This document shows positions 13,512 through 28,494 of a stretch of 64,000 bases of DNA, in pieces. The notes under the pieces are model-generated. The model saw nothing but the letters and a program-made list of their open reading frames with translations. It had not been told where the DNA came from and did no database searches. The first letter of the stretch is position 1, and every line of letters starts with the position of its first letter. Location of the stretch: positions 9,238,001 to 9,302,000 of the forward strand of contig OZ234494.1 of the NCBI GenBank assembly GCA_965153455.1, in the 5' to 3' direction. The stretch is from Sphagnum compactum. Its lineage: Eukaryota. A program made the translations under genes and the position numbers.

Positions 13512-13685
13512 CTGCAACAAAGTTCAAAGAGGGTGTAAAATCAGCAAATGCAAACAGCTTGCAATCTGTAGAACCAAATCAGACATCACCGAAAAACCCT
13601 AGTGTATACAGAATGCAATATGGTGCCTGCTTCATGGACAGGTTAGAGTAACCCGATTTCTATCAAAGATCAAACAGACTCAAAG

Positions 13686-13716
<31 letters not shown>

Positions 13717-13856
13717 GTGTTAGGGTTCAGGGTTTAAAGAGAGAGTTGAGCAAGATGTTTAGATCCAATTCTTCAAATGTGTAGTGTAGTTTGAGATTTT
13801 GATTTCTAAAAATCACTACAACAAAACATGGCATCTATTATTAGATCCATATGACG

Positions 13857-13958
13857 AGATAGTCAAATAGGACATGTCGTTTATGCCATTAGATAGTTGA
13901 ATAGAACATGTCGTTTATGCCATTAGATAGTCGAATAGAACATGTCGTTTATGCCATT
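13857..13958. repeat. 34-bp tandem repeat x3
   Basis: AGATAGTC(A/G)AATAG(G/A)ACATGTCGTTTATGCCATT-like units start at 13857, 13891 and 13925. Confidence 0.9.
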
Positions 13959-16900
13959 TCTAGTGTCCACTCACTTTTGGAACATGAATGCGACAATGAG
14001 ATCCTTGAAATGGAGCTTCATTTGAGCATTAGAGTTTTGCAAATCAATGTAGATGTAATCTAGGCATGGCATATCAAAATTCAACAATTGTCGAATGATG
14101 TCGTGCACTTCATAGCCTTTCTCTATTTGACATATCCTTTTGGTGACATCTTGTAGCTTGAAATTGGATTCAAAAGTGCATTACAATGCAAATCCAAACT
14201 CACCAAAATGAAGAAAACGATGCAACAAAGACACACACAAAGGGATTATGTGTTAATTTTACTCCAAGTGTATTGAAAAGGGTATAGTTTTTGAGGATAT
14301 TTGTGAGGGAGATTCAATTTTTCTCATATTATTATTATCTAATTTTTTCATTTCCACATGTTTTAAATATTTTAAATATTATTTTAATTTCATGATGGCA
14401 TTGAGTTTTGAAATTATATATTTGTTTGAATTTTTAGTTTGAGTTGCAACCATGAGAAATGATGAAGAAAGGCAATTTTGTGTAATTAAAAAAATCCTCA
14501 TGCATGAAAGGTTCAAATATGGTTTTACAAACACATCAACAAATATATAAATATTAAATCACATTTCAAATGATGAAAATCATTTTTGACACTCACAAAG
14601 TCATTAAAATAATGAACATTTGAATTTTTTTCCATGAAAAAAAGGATGCAAAGACAAAAAAAAATTAAAACAAATAAAGAATAAAAGCAAACAAGGTATG
14701 CATTGAGACCTAAATAAATGGACCAATAAGTTGTTACATCTAGGCCTTGATGATGAAAATGTAAACCAATCTTGGACAATTTTCACTTGTTTTTTTGTCT
14801 GTATGTTAGATCAAGTTTTTGGAAAGGTTTTTAAGAACCAACCTTATTCTTTAAATAAATTTAGTTTTCGAACTTTAGATATTCAAACGAGGTATCAGGT
14901 TTTTGATTTAAAAAGTTTTCATAAATTTAAAATCAACTGAAGTGGTTTTCATAATTTAATCATCAATTGTTTGTTTATTTATTTATTTTAATTAGAAAAA
15001 TGAAAAGTTTTTAATGTTAATGAAGACCTTGGATTGGTGATTGTTAGGTTTATGTAAAATCTCCATTGACACCCATCTTGTGAGCCTTTATTAATATTTA
15101 CCACATTTGGCATACAAAATAAATTATTCCCCCATTCTCAGACATAAACATGAAAAAATGAACAATTTACAAATTGAAACACTATTTTAGATGTAACCAC
15201 CTAGGGCAATTGAAATAGTTGGCCAATCAACACAATCATTTCACACACTCAAAAAAAATTCACAATGAGTCAACATGTCTTACACGATAATAAAAAATGT
15301 TCCAAAATAATTCAACACATCTTACACAATTGTCAAAAGAAAAAATGATTAGCAAATGGGTAGGATGTTAGGATGTGATTTCATAATGTAATGACCCCTT
15401 AACCGGAGGACTAGACCCAAGTAAGGACTTTGATGTATCAAAAAAATTCTTTAATAAGTAAAGATATTTTGGGTTTTTTTCTTTGTTTCCTTGGTTTTTT
15501 TTTTTTTTTTGGGAGAAACAAACAAACCATGTGAAAAAATGACATTTTTCCAATAATAAATTTCCTTCTGAAATGGGGATGGCATAATCTATTGGCAAGT
15601 GGGTAGGTGGGTCTAGTTAATTCTAATGACAATGATACATTGGACTTGGTTTAGAGGGTTCAACTTTAGGTTTGATAAGTTGACCTTTTAATGATATGAC
15701 AATTTCACACAACAAACCTTTTGAACATATTTGCCTTTAATTATCATCACATGTGAAAATTGAATATTTTTGTCTGCCAACACATATTTGAATTCAATTT
15801 CACATCACATTGAATAAAACATTTTTAAAAAATTGAAAGATGAATATTGAACAAATAAAAACATAAATTACTTCTTCCAAGATGATAAAGACAATGCCAA
15901 ATTCAAGTTGTCTTACAAGATGGTCAAGTAACACAAAAGCACATTATAAAGTGCAACATGAACATTTATTCCTGTCAATAGAATGTCATAACAATCTTAA
16001 ATCCTACAACATAAAGCTATGGACCATAAGAAATCAAATCTCTCCAATTTCTCTCTCATGAGCCCATTGACCTCGTTTAAGCAATTTTCACCCAAAAACC
16101 AAAACCCAATCTTCTCCCCCTCCCCCCACCCCATAATACTTCCTCAGGAAGTTGCAAAAAGAGAAACTGAAAACCCAAACACCCCTTTCAAATGTATCTT
16201 GACAACCCAAAGTTGTTCAAGCACAATCAGTCCCATTCAAAGTAAATTTCAATTGCTCTTGAAACCCCTCAAATCTTCATCATCTTTTTTAATCGGTCCT
16301 TACCTACGCATCTAAAGTTTCTACCTTCTGAAAGATCTGCGGCATAACAGAAAATACTAAGCCCTCTACTGAAGGTCCTATAGATGATTGGACATTCATC
16401 CCACACTGACACACTACAAGACTGGTCTTTCAAACACTAACTAAAGCTTATTGATAGTTCCAACTTAAAAACACAATTATTGTCGTAAATCAAACAAATG
16501 CAACATTGAGAAACTTAGTTTCTTAGCCTCAAAAGCTCTTCCTTATACTTGCACCTCCCACTTCATCCTACATTATGTCCAAGAATCGCACAAAATATCG
16601 AATCAATCAATGTCAAACACCATCTAAACTTTGAAGTAAACCTACAAACAACAAACAACATACAACATTAAAAAACAAAAAAACAAAAAAAATAAAATTG
16701 TAGCTTGCTCCACATTTCATGATTACACATTCTCTTTTGCCTTCTCACTTTCTACCAATCCAAATATGTGTAGTAATTCATCCATTAGGTTGTTTCTTCA
16801 TCCAACCACCAACTGAGCCTTATTCACACAACGAAAATCCGGACACAAATTCTAATAACAAATATCGTACAACACAATTTTCACAAAAATCTCATGACAA

Positions 16901-19900
16901 GTTTGATTGTATAATTTCATAAATTGTACATGACGATTAACCATATTCATTTAAAAAATCCATGACAAATTTGATCAGATAATTTCACAAATTGTCAAAC
17001 ATGATGTGTAGAACAATGTTGGCCAATATTTTTTTTCATAACTAGCCAAGTAGGATTTTTTATTAAAAAAATTGAAGCACACAAGGATTAAATTAAGTTG
17101 TTGAAACCACATGTTACGAATATCACTATCAAAATAACACCCTTAGTTACCAATTTACTTAGTTATTGTTTTTGTTAATATTCAATCTTATCTATAACAA
17201 TCAATCTTTAAATAACATTTTTCAAAACTACACATTATGTTGTCCAAGTAGGATTTAGGATTTTTCAAAGTTAAATAAAAAAAATTGCCTACAATGTTCA
17301 AAGTTTACCGACTAATTAGACGCAAGGATTGGAAACCAATTATACATATTTGTGCCTCTTTGCATGTTGCAAAAAATAAGTTATGGACATGTGTTCAATG
17401 GATCCAAGTTCCAAACTTACAAATGTGCCATTGGCCACAATTGTGTCATGAGATAAATTGTACTAAAATTTCTTAGCACAATCAATAAAAAAAATTCTAG
17501 ACTTGCATAACATCAAATCCTTTTACAAATATACATGTCAATTTTGATAGACTTTCAAGGTAGTAATAGATGACACCAAAACCTTTTGAAGTTTCAATAC
17601 AAACATCACATGCCACCTCTAATGGGTCAAATCATGACCAAATGAACCAAAAACAATGTCAAATGACTACCAAAATTGCAACTTTGATACATATGGTGCC
17701 ACTTTAAGGTCATGTTAATCATGAAAAGTTGTGTTAAATGAGTAATAATGAATGTTAATGAATTCATATTAAAAGTGTTTTATTTTATTTTCAAGTTTTG
17801 GTTTCAGTAAATATTTTTGAACTTGAACAACTTCAACATTGAATCACGATATATATATATATATATACATATATTGCAACCATTCAATTTGTGATTATAT
17901 GCAATTAATTGTCATTAGCAACTATGTTTTATTGTTTTTGCAACTAGTCACCATCCTTTTCAATCTACTATTACTATTGTAACTATGGTAAAACCAATTT
18001 GTGAATACTAACATTTTCATTTTTTCATGTTGACTAACTTTTTGGGCTTTCCATCCAAGAAAAGGTTTGTATATCAAATTAGTTACAAAAAGAGTTACAA
18101 CTTAGTTATCTTTATGTGGTGTACCTATATTCTTTATGTACATTACAATGATTTGGATCATATTAAAGTATATTTATAAACTAGGTGAAAGCATGGTAAA
18201 TTAGACGACAAATGTTCTTTGCAGCATAAATGAAAAGTAGCTAGGAAGCATGCTTTGATGTATTAAACTTTAAAATATTATTTAATTCAAAGATAAATGT
18301 AAACATTTTCTTCAACTTTGTTTAAAACTTTTAATAAAGAATACATGTTTAAAGTAGGTTTAAGTAGATTCATGGGATTTCAAGTAAAAATCATAGTCTA
18401 CTTTATAGCATTTATGTAGATTATAAGTAAATGAAATATTACATTTTAAAAAAAATTGAATTAGCAAGGGCCCTAAAATGTACTTGTGGTTTTTCATCTT
18501 TTTCATATTATAATAAAAATATATGTAACTTGTAAGGTAAAAGTAGGTTTAAAAAAATATTTACTAGTCAATTTCAAACCTACTTGTTACCTATTGTTAT
18601 TATACTACATGTTTTAAATTTTATACTCAACTTACAATAAACTCAATGTAAACATAAATGTTTTCAAAATGAAACATAAAAAAATTTCCAATCTACTTTC
18701 TTGTGTTTTTGTAAAAAATGTCATACTTTAAATGGGATTTTAAGCAAACATACTTTTTAGTCTAAATTACCATTTTTCACCCAACTATGTTATATTTGGT
18801 GCATGTCAAATATACATTTTGGATATATTGTGGGTGGGCTAAGGAGGTTACAAGAATAATTAAATAAATAAGTAGGCATGTATGTAAATATGTAATTAAA
18901 CCAGGCTAATTATCGTCTAAGCAAATTACATACATAAAATAGATTATTAATTATTAATTCTATATTATATTGAATAGGTAATAGGTAATAAATAATAGTA
19001 TTAATTAATTAATTTCATTATATTAATAACTAGTAACTAATAAATTTTTTAAAAAATATTTCAGTTAATTATTTAATAATAAAAATAATTGATCAAAAAT
19101 AAATCTTAGTTTTTCATTTTATTATTAATTATTGATGAAATTTATTTTTGCCAAGGTTTAAACAATATTTTAAAATTTTCATATTTTAAATTTGTTAAAA
19201 TTTACCAATTTTTTTGTTTATCCAATGTTTAGCCTAGGTTTAAACATAAATGCCATGTGAGCCTAACCTACTGTGACATAGGCTATTTTAATTAATAGGC
19301 TAGGTTGATTGGTAAGTAATAATTAGGTGGGTACTAAAGTATTTAGGTAGATAGTGAATAGGTTTGTATATATGTTAATTAAGTAAGTATATAATTAATA
19401 AAATAGGTTTATAGTAAGTAGGTAGGTAGGTTGTTTGTTTTGGAAGATCTTATTTTAGTTTGGGATTAAAAAGTTTATTGTGCATGCACATACTTCTATA
19501 GTTGGCAAGTAATTACAACTATAAAATTTATCCCATATTTTTTATCGTTCATTTCAATCTTATAAACTATATAAATAGATGCATTTAAAACATTGAAAGC
19601 GCATAAACAATATTAAAAAGAACATGTAATGTGAGATGAACCAATAAAAAGGTTTGACCTTAAAAAAATACAATACAATTAAAAAATATACTTACATACC
19701 TACTCCTTGCCTACCAACGTACTTACCTACCTACATACATTTGACCTAAATACTTATTTACCTACCTACTTACTTACACACCTTTTACCTACCTACCCAC
19801 CTACATACCTACTTCCTTACATAAATTAAAATTAAAATTTATTTTTTTCCAAGTAGCAAATTTTAATTGCATTGAATGACAATATGTGAATGGGCCATAT

Positions 19901-21929
19901 TTTTGTTGCAAATGGGAATTAGCTACAAAGGTCAATGGATGAAACCATATATATTGATTGTGTACATCATCCATGACTAAATTATGGATGTCATGTTTAT
20001 ATCACATTTGCAAATTACATGTTGGGTGTGATTTGATTTATGAAAATAATAAAAAAATTAGTTATGAGAATCATTTACAATTAGATTTTAGTTGTAAATT
20101 GAAGTTGCAAATATGTCTTTTTTATTAATAAATATAGAAAGTTTTTCAAATGATTAGTTAAGGTTTTTTTATTAAATAAAATTTGATAATAATTAAATTG
20201 ACATGATAATAACTTAATACGCACATTTGAAAAACACTCACAATTTAATACATGGAATTTGAATTTAAATCTCAAAATTTTAAAAGTCTTTTACCACATG
20301 TAAATGAAGTGTAGTGTACATGACAAATGAACAAAGTTGTAGCTTATAATACAAAAAACTAAACCATAGAATAATTTACATAAATGGTATGATTTGAGAT
20401 TATAATCATTTTTCAATACAAAATGAAAATTTGCAAACTTGTTGAAAATTCATTTGTATTCAACAATGAGCAAAACAAAACAAGTGATGTATTAATACAA
20501 CTTTAGGCATATATAATTAAAGGTTGTAAAAAGATTCATCCAAATTTTTCTTTTTATGAAAAAATAAAAATGACTACAAAAGGACCCACAATCCTTGAAT
20601 CTTTTCTCACCATTGGCTTGTTTGATCACAATTTGACCCTAATATTCAATGCCCACCCCATCCTTCATTCCCTTCTTCAATTCCATTTGTTTTAACCTCT
20701 TATGCATAATTGTGTTCTTCTTCAACAAACTAATTAACTACAAATTCAACTTTTTAGCCCTAAAATTCCCCGCTTTTGTCACTATTTAGAAAATCCTCCT
20801 CCAAGTATTCTCAATCCTAAATGTCCAACCATTAGGTGTGAATTTCACAAGCCAACTAGTCATGGACATTTGTAAAAAGTTCCCAAAAACAAGTCTATCA
20901 ACTAAAACATGTAATTACAACATGCACATGCACCACATAAGCTAGTAGGTAACATAACAAAATTGATCGATATGAATTATTGCAAGGATTCTAGATTTAC
21001 TATGTTGTAAAAAATCAATTGTCACCTTGATTATTTAAGTTTAGATTATGTTTCTAATGATCATTCCCAATATGAAAACAAGTTAAGGGGTATTCCAAGA
21101 CTATGGAATATAATTATTTTGATCAATCTATAAAAAAAACAACAAACTCATTTACATTTCATTTTCTCTTGAAGAGGTCTCAAGGCCCAAGCTTACCTTT
21201 TTCAAGTTACTACATGAAATTAGAAAAAATAATTGGTACGAATTATGGAAAACAAACTAGATCTTTCCTACTACAAAAAATCAATTTTCATCTTGATTCT
21301 TTTAATTTAATTCATGTTTCCAATGTTCATTATTCATTCCCAATTTTAACACAAGTTGGGGTACTCTAGGATTGTGAATATGCCAAAGATTTGCATGGCT
21401 ATTTAATTTGGATCGACTTTTGGCTTCTCAACAATAGTTTGCACATCACTCCACATACATCATGGAGTCTTCACATAACTTTAGCAAAATAACAAACAAT
21501 TTGGCTATCACATTCATTCTTTTTTATGTCTACCATCACAACCTAAAAACCAGTTAAACTCAATTACAATCCATTTGGTAGCAATAACCAAATCACCTTT
21601 CTCCTTGCATTACAACATTGATATGTTAATTATAAACTAAATTCATTGTTTGAATTTGAATGAATCAAATATAAATAATAACTAAAAGCACATTTACAAG
21701 TTCAAGCCTACCAAGTTGCACAACAAACATCAATCTTGTATAGTCCAAATTTGTGACAATTTCAAAGGCATCCTTCGTAGTTGAACATGTCTTGTGATTC
21801 TAAAAACCACACCACACTTAATTAACACAAAATTAGATGTTCCATTCATAGGAACATCAAAAAATAACTAGTACCCTTGGGTTCAATTGAGGATACATTA
21901 TTTCATCATAAAAAATTTAATATCAAAAA

Positions 21930-22400
21930 TTATTTCGCAAATTGCCTAACTGTGAACATCCAATACACAAGCTTGCAATTTGTGCATTTCTTGTTTTCCA
22001 TAGCACAAATTAATAACATCTTGGTATCATAGGGTTTCTTGGAACAAAATTACCTTACTAACAAACATGGTAACCTTTATCTAAACATGTTTTTTTTTCA
22101 CTCATTACATCCCTTCCCTGATTTCTTTGTCCATGTTATAGTTTTTTTAGGTTAGTTTGTTTATGCTTGAAATTGACCTCTCAAATGCCAACACAAACTT
22201 TTTGTGTCATTGCATGCATATTAATAAGCCTTACCAAAGGCATGCCCAAAGCAAGTGTCATGCAAGGAGCTTGAAAAGCTGAAGGATCACATGTAAACAC
22301 AGAAAAGGGAACTTTTGCTAGGGTGTTCAAATTGCTTCCTTCATCTCTCACATAGGCAATCACCTTGTCTAGTACATTGTAATTAAAAAGACAAAGGTTC
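21930..22400 (-). mobile_element. Degenerate hAT-like transposase fragment
   Basis: Broken minus-strand translation: LDKVIAYVRDEGSNLNTL..TCFGHAFGK..ITWTKKSGKG..FVSKVILFQE. The D-x-x-S-N segment followed by CxxH is typical of hAT DDE transposases. Stops and frameshifts are present. Confidence 0.6.
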
Positions 22401-22533
22401 CTTCACTTGTGTTGCCATTCTAGATCTTGCAATATTTGTGATTTTATAGCTGATTTAATTACATAAGGATGGTCTCATGCAAGTTCAAAGTAGACATCAT
22501 CCTCAAGTAAGACCAATTCTTCAAAAAAGACAG

Positions 22534-22679
22534 GCATTTGTTGTTCTTCCATGTTGAGGAGCCAATGACCAATTTTACGAATTTTGATTTCTTGATTGAA
22601 AACAAAAAAGATGAGCATTTGTTGTTCTTCGGTGTTGAGGAGCCAATGACTGATTTTACCAATTTTGATTTCCTGATTG
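22534..22679. repeat. Local direct duplication, ~65 bp at 81-bp period
   Basis: GCATTTGTTGTTCTTC..GTTGAGGAGCCAATGAC..ATTTTGATTTC.TGATTG at 22534 and 22615. Confidence 0.85.
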
Positions 22680-23599
22680 CACTCCCAGGATGGGGGGGAG
22701 TGCTTTGTGCTTGAAGCATATGTCAAACTACAAGGATGATGAAGCCAATCTGGTGTGATCTTTGAATATACAAAGTGAGTTGTGACAATTTTATTGTTGC
22801 AAAATACTCAATTGTTCATGAAATTTTACAAATGTAGCGCATTGACGACTTGTTTACTTGTTGACTTAAGCAAGTTATCATATTTATCATTGATTTTTGG
22901 CATACCAATTGGTATGATCAAAACATCTGGTTACTTTTCACTTTTGAATGAAGTTTGTATTGGATGTAGCTATGTATTTCTAGTGTACCATTTGTCTTTG
23001 GCTATCTCTCATACGTATCAAGGCAAATGATTCATGCCCAAGCTCTCATGGTGACATGGAGGCTAGAGTGGACACAGTAATAGAAAGACTGGGCATTTCT
23101 GATGTACCTTTGATTTGTGTAATCAAACATCTATCCATTGCCAAGTTTCTAACCTTCCTAATTGGATTGTAATCACCATTATTGTTGAACACAATTCTTC
23201 CCCAAGAGACCCTCCATTCATACCCCTTTGAGTCTGCAAATCCTATACTTTTGACTACATTTTTGAAATTGGGTCAACAAAACAACATGTACATCTCTAG
23301 GACTAACTAGGCCACTTCATGCTCGAGGCCCAAACTGAATCTATGATCATATCACAGTTTGGTCAACACATACACCGAAGGACTTACCTCAACAGTTCTG
23401 ACCTTGAGCGGTTGTTAGCTTGAGTCAAGAGTGTGCATCTCTAATGGCTCATAATCTGTGCTCTAAGGTTGAGATCAAAGCTTAGACGTTACCAAGCAAT
23501 CACCAAGCAAGTCGACATGATGCCCAACTCAAATGATAACACCAAAAAAATTCTATTCTATGGGGCACCCAGTCTTTCAGCTCCAGCCACCTTATCCCT

Positions 23600-25000
23600 A
23601 GGAGATGCACTTGGAACATTCACTTGAAAATGGAATGCAGCCTTTCCTTCTCAGAACCTAAGCTGCTTTGCTCACATGAAGCATTATGTCGTCTGAATTG
23701 CACATGTGCTCTCATACAAGCAAATTTTCTCCTGTGTCTCACTTGGCTTGTGAACTCGTGAGGTGCTCGTGATCTCAAGGGTAACCTCATCTGGCATACG
23801 ATCCATCACTTTCCTTCCATTGAAAATCATTGCAGCAGTAAATTGGAAGTCACCACAATCAGATTACACCCCTAAGCTTCAATGTCACCAAAAAAGCTGG
23901 CAAGTTTCAATAAGCAAACCAGTTTTGCACAAGTCATCCATGGCTGAGTGTGCTGTATTCATGGACACCAGGGAGAAGACCCTTCTGAAGTAGGCTTCAT
24001 TTTCCATTTCCTGAAATTATTCAAGGGCTATATCCAATCTGCTTGCCTTCCCCAGACCATTGACAGGAATCCTGTATGTCACCAGGTCAAGAAAATCATG
24101 TTAGCTGATGTTTTGCAGCTGAGACCACTGATGTCACAACATTATGCTGACATTCTATGTCTCTTCATCTCCTGAAAGACATTTCAGAGCCTTGAATCAA
24201 TACTGCATATTTTTGTGAGAGCTTCAATCAGGGTGGTACTGTACGAGATAACACCAGGCTTGATACCCATTTCTGTGTCAATGTGAAGATCAAGCCTCAA
24301 TGCCCTTAAAACTATGGACAAGAATCCAAGACAGTTATGAAGTGACATGCCTAGCTTCTCCATTTGGCAAATGAGCATTATGGCAGGGAAATGAAATCCT
24401 GTCTAAAGAAAAGAAATCAACAAGACAATTGCAACCTTTCTATTGTTGGTTTTCCAGCCAGAGTTCCTCATTTGGCGGAGAAGCTCCAGCATTTCTACTC
24501 ATGTCCTTGGCCCCTTCCGTTAAGTGTGAAGTGGCATAGTGATTGTCCATGGTGAAACTTTACACTCTTCATTTTACATTCCTTGCAATATGTGCAAGAG
24601 TGGTTGCAACTCTCTGGCACCTGCAACCTTCTTGGTCTTGAAGGTGTATGTCCTGAGGCTGCATCTCTTCCCTTGCTCACCTGAAACAGCTCATTGCCAG
24701 CTTCAAAATCCTTCTGCCATATCACCAATTCACAAACAAGACTGGATTGAGTTTCAAGTTCACTGCTGTGAGCTGATTGGCAATCTGAGAATCCCCATTT
24801 TCTCAGTTGAATCTCTTCATTTATTCTCTTCACTTCTCTTCTAAATAATGCTGCTCAAGGGAACATCCTTGATATTACAGTGGCTTTTATGCTCACATAA
24901 ACTCTCCAGATTTGAATCTCCATATGTGGACACAAGGGGCAGCAACATCATCAGACAACTTGTCTGTCTCCTGCGCAATTTTCCAAGCCTTGACTCATCA
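23600..25000 (-). pseudogene. Pentatricopeptide-repeat (PPR) protein pseudogene (boundaries approximate)
   Basis: PPR-like fragments lie in shifting frames: GIKPGVISYSTTLIEAL, LELLRQMRNSGWK, CQMEKLGMS, and the N-terminal LNPV..CELVIWQKDFEAGNELF. No continuous ORF. Confidence 0.6.
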
Positions 25001-26692
25001 AACCCTAATCCTAACACAACACCTTGAAGGAAAACAATCAAGATCTGCCCCTAGTAATGCAAGGTATAGACAACAATCACAAGCCCACAAGTCAAGCAAT
25101 TTTGAGATAAGGGGGAAACTATTTTCACTTTCTAGGATTTCATGCCTGTACGTTGTCATCAATTCAAGCATGCTCAATGCAGCTTAGATGCTTCAAGACT
25201 GAGCTTGTCATGTCCAGAAGGCAACACAGGCAGCATGTGGATGCAACTTGCATTGTTCACCCTGATGCCTATTGGTTCAAATGATATGGCTAATGCAAGC
25301 GCACCATGACTGACTCTTCTGTTGTACCAATTGTTGTACTGGCTTATGCTACGATAATAGTGTTAGTTGTCCAAAAGTGTTGAGCATCAATTCAAGAAGG
25401 TAGTATCCTGATGCTTTTCATGCATTACGAAATCAAAGCAGAAAGTGGACCTCCTGGAAAGATTTCCCGAGCTGCAATTGCAACTCTGAGCAAAGACAGA
25501 ACTGGTGTATTTCAGAAGGTATCTGCAGAAGCAGGTGGCATGGCTAGAACATCCATGGATGATGACACAGATGTGGCAATGAGAGCCACCCTAGAAGAGG
25601 AAATCATCACAGTGGTGCAAAACAAGAGTAGATAAAGGAAGGATGCACCTAGTGGTGGAGAGATTGAAGATGGAGGATGCGGTACCTACTAGCAAAAATA
25701 CTAGAGCCTGATGGCACTGAAGATGAAGCAATCATTCTTGACAATCAAGAGGGTGGAATAGGAGGAACCTGCTCCAATGCAAATGGGTGACTTCAACACT
25801 ATGTCCATCATGGGACTAGGCTTGGGAAATCAAACTGTTCAAGTGGTTGCTGCTGCATTGGCTGATATATTTCTCACAATAGTTTCAAATGTGGTAGGCA
25901 GCTCCTCTTGGGTTGTTACCTTTGATCATTGCTAGATTTCTCTTGCTAAATGAATACCATGCATCTTTGACTGATGTTTGCCACAAAATAATTTGCAAAA
26001 TGTCTAGCTGAAAAGAAGAGAATTTTTTCATGATATTTGTCAAAATTGTTGGAAATTGAAAACTGTTGAGTTACTTTTGCGAATGCACAACACAAGATGT
26101 GTTTTGCAATACATATTCCTCAAGTGCTGAAATTCTGAGAAGTTTGAATTCAAACTGCTGAACTTCGTTGCAAAACTAGCTGGGGGTTAAGGCACCACCA
26201 CCATCATCAAGGGGGTGTGTCACACTGTGGCCTTGGCATTTACATTAGAAAGTATCTTAATGCAAAAGAAGAATTATGGAAACTCAACTATTTCACACCG
26301 TGCAAAAATATAATCTTCAGAAAATCCTCTAAAAGAAACCAAAAATCCTTCAAGATATTATCACTCTGATAACTAATCTCAAGTTTCAACACAAGCCAAA
26401 ATATCATCTTTCAAAAATCCTCATATAAAAATAGACCTAATATTACCTAGGGGCCAAAATCCCTTAAGCTACTATACTCTATAATGAATCTAAACACAAT
26501 ACTCTTGCCTTGGTACGCAAGGCCAACAAAGTGCAAAGTGAGGGAAGGGAAGGAGAGGGCTGGTGCTCTTTTAGTAGATTGTTTGTCTCCCCAACCCACC
26601 ATCTCCCCCCCATGATTTCCCCACCATCTCTAGGTGCCAGGCTCATGGTACCAGAGGTGACAAGGTAAATGTAGGTTTTGCAATGTCATAAC

Positions 26693-27270
26693 CAGTGTTG
26701 GAGCTGGGTGTTAAGGTTTTGCCATCCGGTTATCAGAGCGGTCATATGTATATATTTACACACCTTTATAACACTAAGAGCTGAACTTTTTCAAAGACCC
26801 GCCCTGACTCACACCTGCCCAAAAACTGGGGTTTCAACCCTCCGGGTATCAGGGCGGTTATATGAACTTATGTAACACTCGGAGGTCAAATCTTCAAAGG
26901 ACTGCCCGGCCTCATACCAGCCCAAAACTGGGTATTCAAAAAATCCAGACCCCTGGGTGGTTCTTTAACTTCAAGGACCTGGATAGGGCAGTTCTTTAAT
27001 TAATTTTTAAAAAAGTGCCCGGACAGGGTTTTTTTTTTCTTTTTGTTTTCCTTCAAAAATCGAAATACCCGCCCAACACTACACCAAACCCCAGCTGCTA
27101 TTTGGGCAGGTATATGTTAAAGAACCGAGGTTTATACCCGGGCTTCACAAGTGACCTAACCCCTGCCCCCAGCCCGACACAAGTTTTCAAGTGGTTCTTT
27201 AAATTTTCATTTTTTTTCAAAAACCCAAAACCGATCGTGAGCTCAAAAATCCAATACCCGCCCAACCCTG
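26693..27270. mobile_element. hAT-type MITE (578 bp)
   Basis: Imperfect TIRs CAGTGTTGGAGCTGGGTGTT / AATACCCGCCCAACCCTG. GTCATAAC precedes the left end (26685-26692). The right end is followed by GTCATC then GTCATAAC (27277-27284), consistent with an 8-bp TSD. Confidence 0.65.
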
Positions 27271-27627
27271 GTCATCGTCATAACCCGAGTTGGCAGGTTC
27301 CCACTTGTTGGAACCTGGAATTGCTGGGTAAGGGTTTAGGGTATATGTATGTATACCCTCAATTGACAATGCTCCAAAATCAAAGAACCGGGTTTGACCA
27401 TCGACCAAAGGCTTCTAAAAGATTGGTAGAACTGGTTTTGACCCTCTTTTGCTTCGGAAAATCCCCAAAAAATCATTGTTAAATTGAAGCGCTCTCTCAT
27501 ACACCTATTAGGGACAAGAAAAAAAAAGGGTTTTGCAAATGTGGGCACAACTCCGAAGGAAGAGTGTATATGGGTGACATAATTTATTATAATGTGGTTA
27601 GAAGTTCGAACTTGAGGTGTGCACATA

Positions 27628-27885
27628 CCTTACCCTAAGGTCAGTTTCGTCAACAAATAATCCTCAAAATAATGAAATGAAATTTTGTGAAAATATGAAG
27701 TTGACATGTTGAAAATCATCATTATAATTATCATAGGCTACACTCAAAATAATTTCACTACTCATATCACAATATTATTATAGTAGATGATGGGGAAAAA
27801 TATAATTTCAAAATTAAAGAACGAATTCGTTTTTTGAAAGAAAAAAACTCATTTTTTCATTGTGGAAACTGACCCTAGGCTAAGG
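27628..27885. mobile_element. TA-flanked MITE (Tc1/mariner-like, 258 bp)
   Basis: TIRs CCTTACCCTAAGGTCAGTTTC / GAAACTGACCCTAGGCTAAGG (2 mismatches in 21), TA on both sides, AT-rich interior. Confidence 0.75.
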
Positions 27886-28494
27886 TATGCTTTGAACTAG
27901 TTGAACCATATGCAACTATGAAACTCTATTGACCATGCCCTCCAAGTTCATGCTTTGTAAAATATTCACTACCTATGGCCAACATTGTAAGCTTAGTTGA
28001 TACATTAAAGTTCTCTCTAAAAACACTCTGGCTTTGGGTCCGAGTCAAAGAAAGGGAGTGAAATGGGTAACTATTTTAATTGAGTTATGCTCAAAAGTCA
28101 CCTGTCTTTGGGCCCTAGTCTGACTCTTTAACCCCTGTTTCATCCTCAATTTGAGTGTAGCCATAAAGTGAGTGAAATTTGAGTACTATTTAATGAAACT
28201 GGGTATCAGTTCACAAGATTTGCAGTATTTAATTCAGACAAAGACTTGATTTGATGAACAATATGAGCCAACAGGCAAGGCAAATCCAAAACTAGGGATG
28301 AAGCTCGTGTAAGGACGACTAATTTAAGTGAGAAAACTAGTTTGATCCTCTCTCTTTTGTCATGTATATTCTTTTCATCCTGACTTTTGATTTCGTCCCT
28401 ATTTTGACAAAACTGGGGATCAATAGCCCCAGTTTGGAGGTATCTGTAAAGTCCAGCAAACAGAGCACAGAAGCTTGAGTTGTTCGCCTTACAA

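Noticed and set aside
14300-21900. Short ORFs in the AT-rich spacer (likewise 55000-58700)
   Set aside because: Very AT-rich, biased composition and no splice-consistent model; probably decayed TE sequence that cannot be classified by eye.
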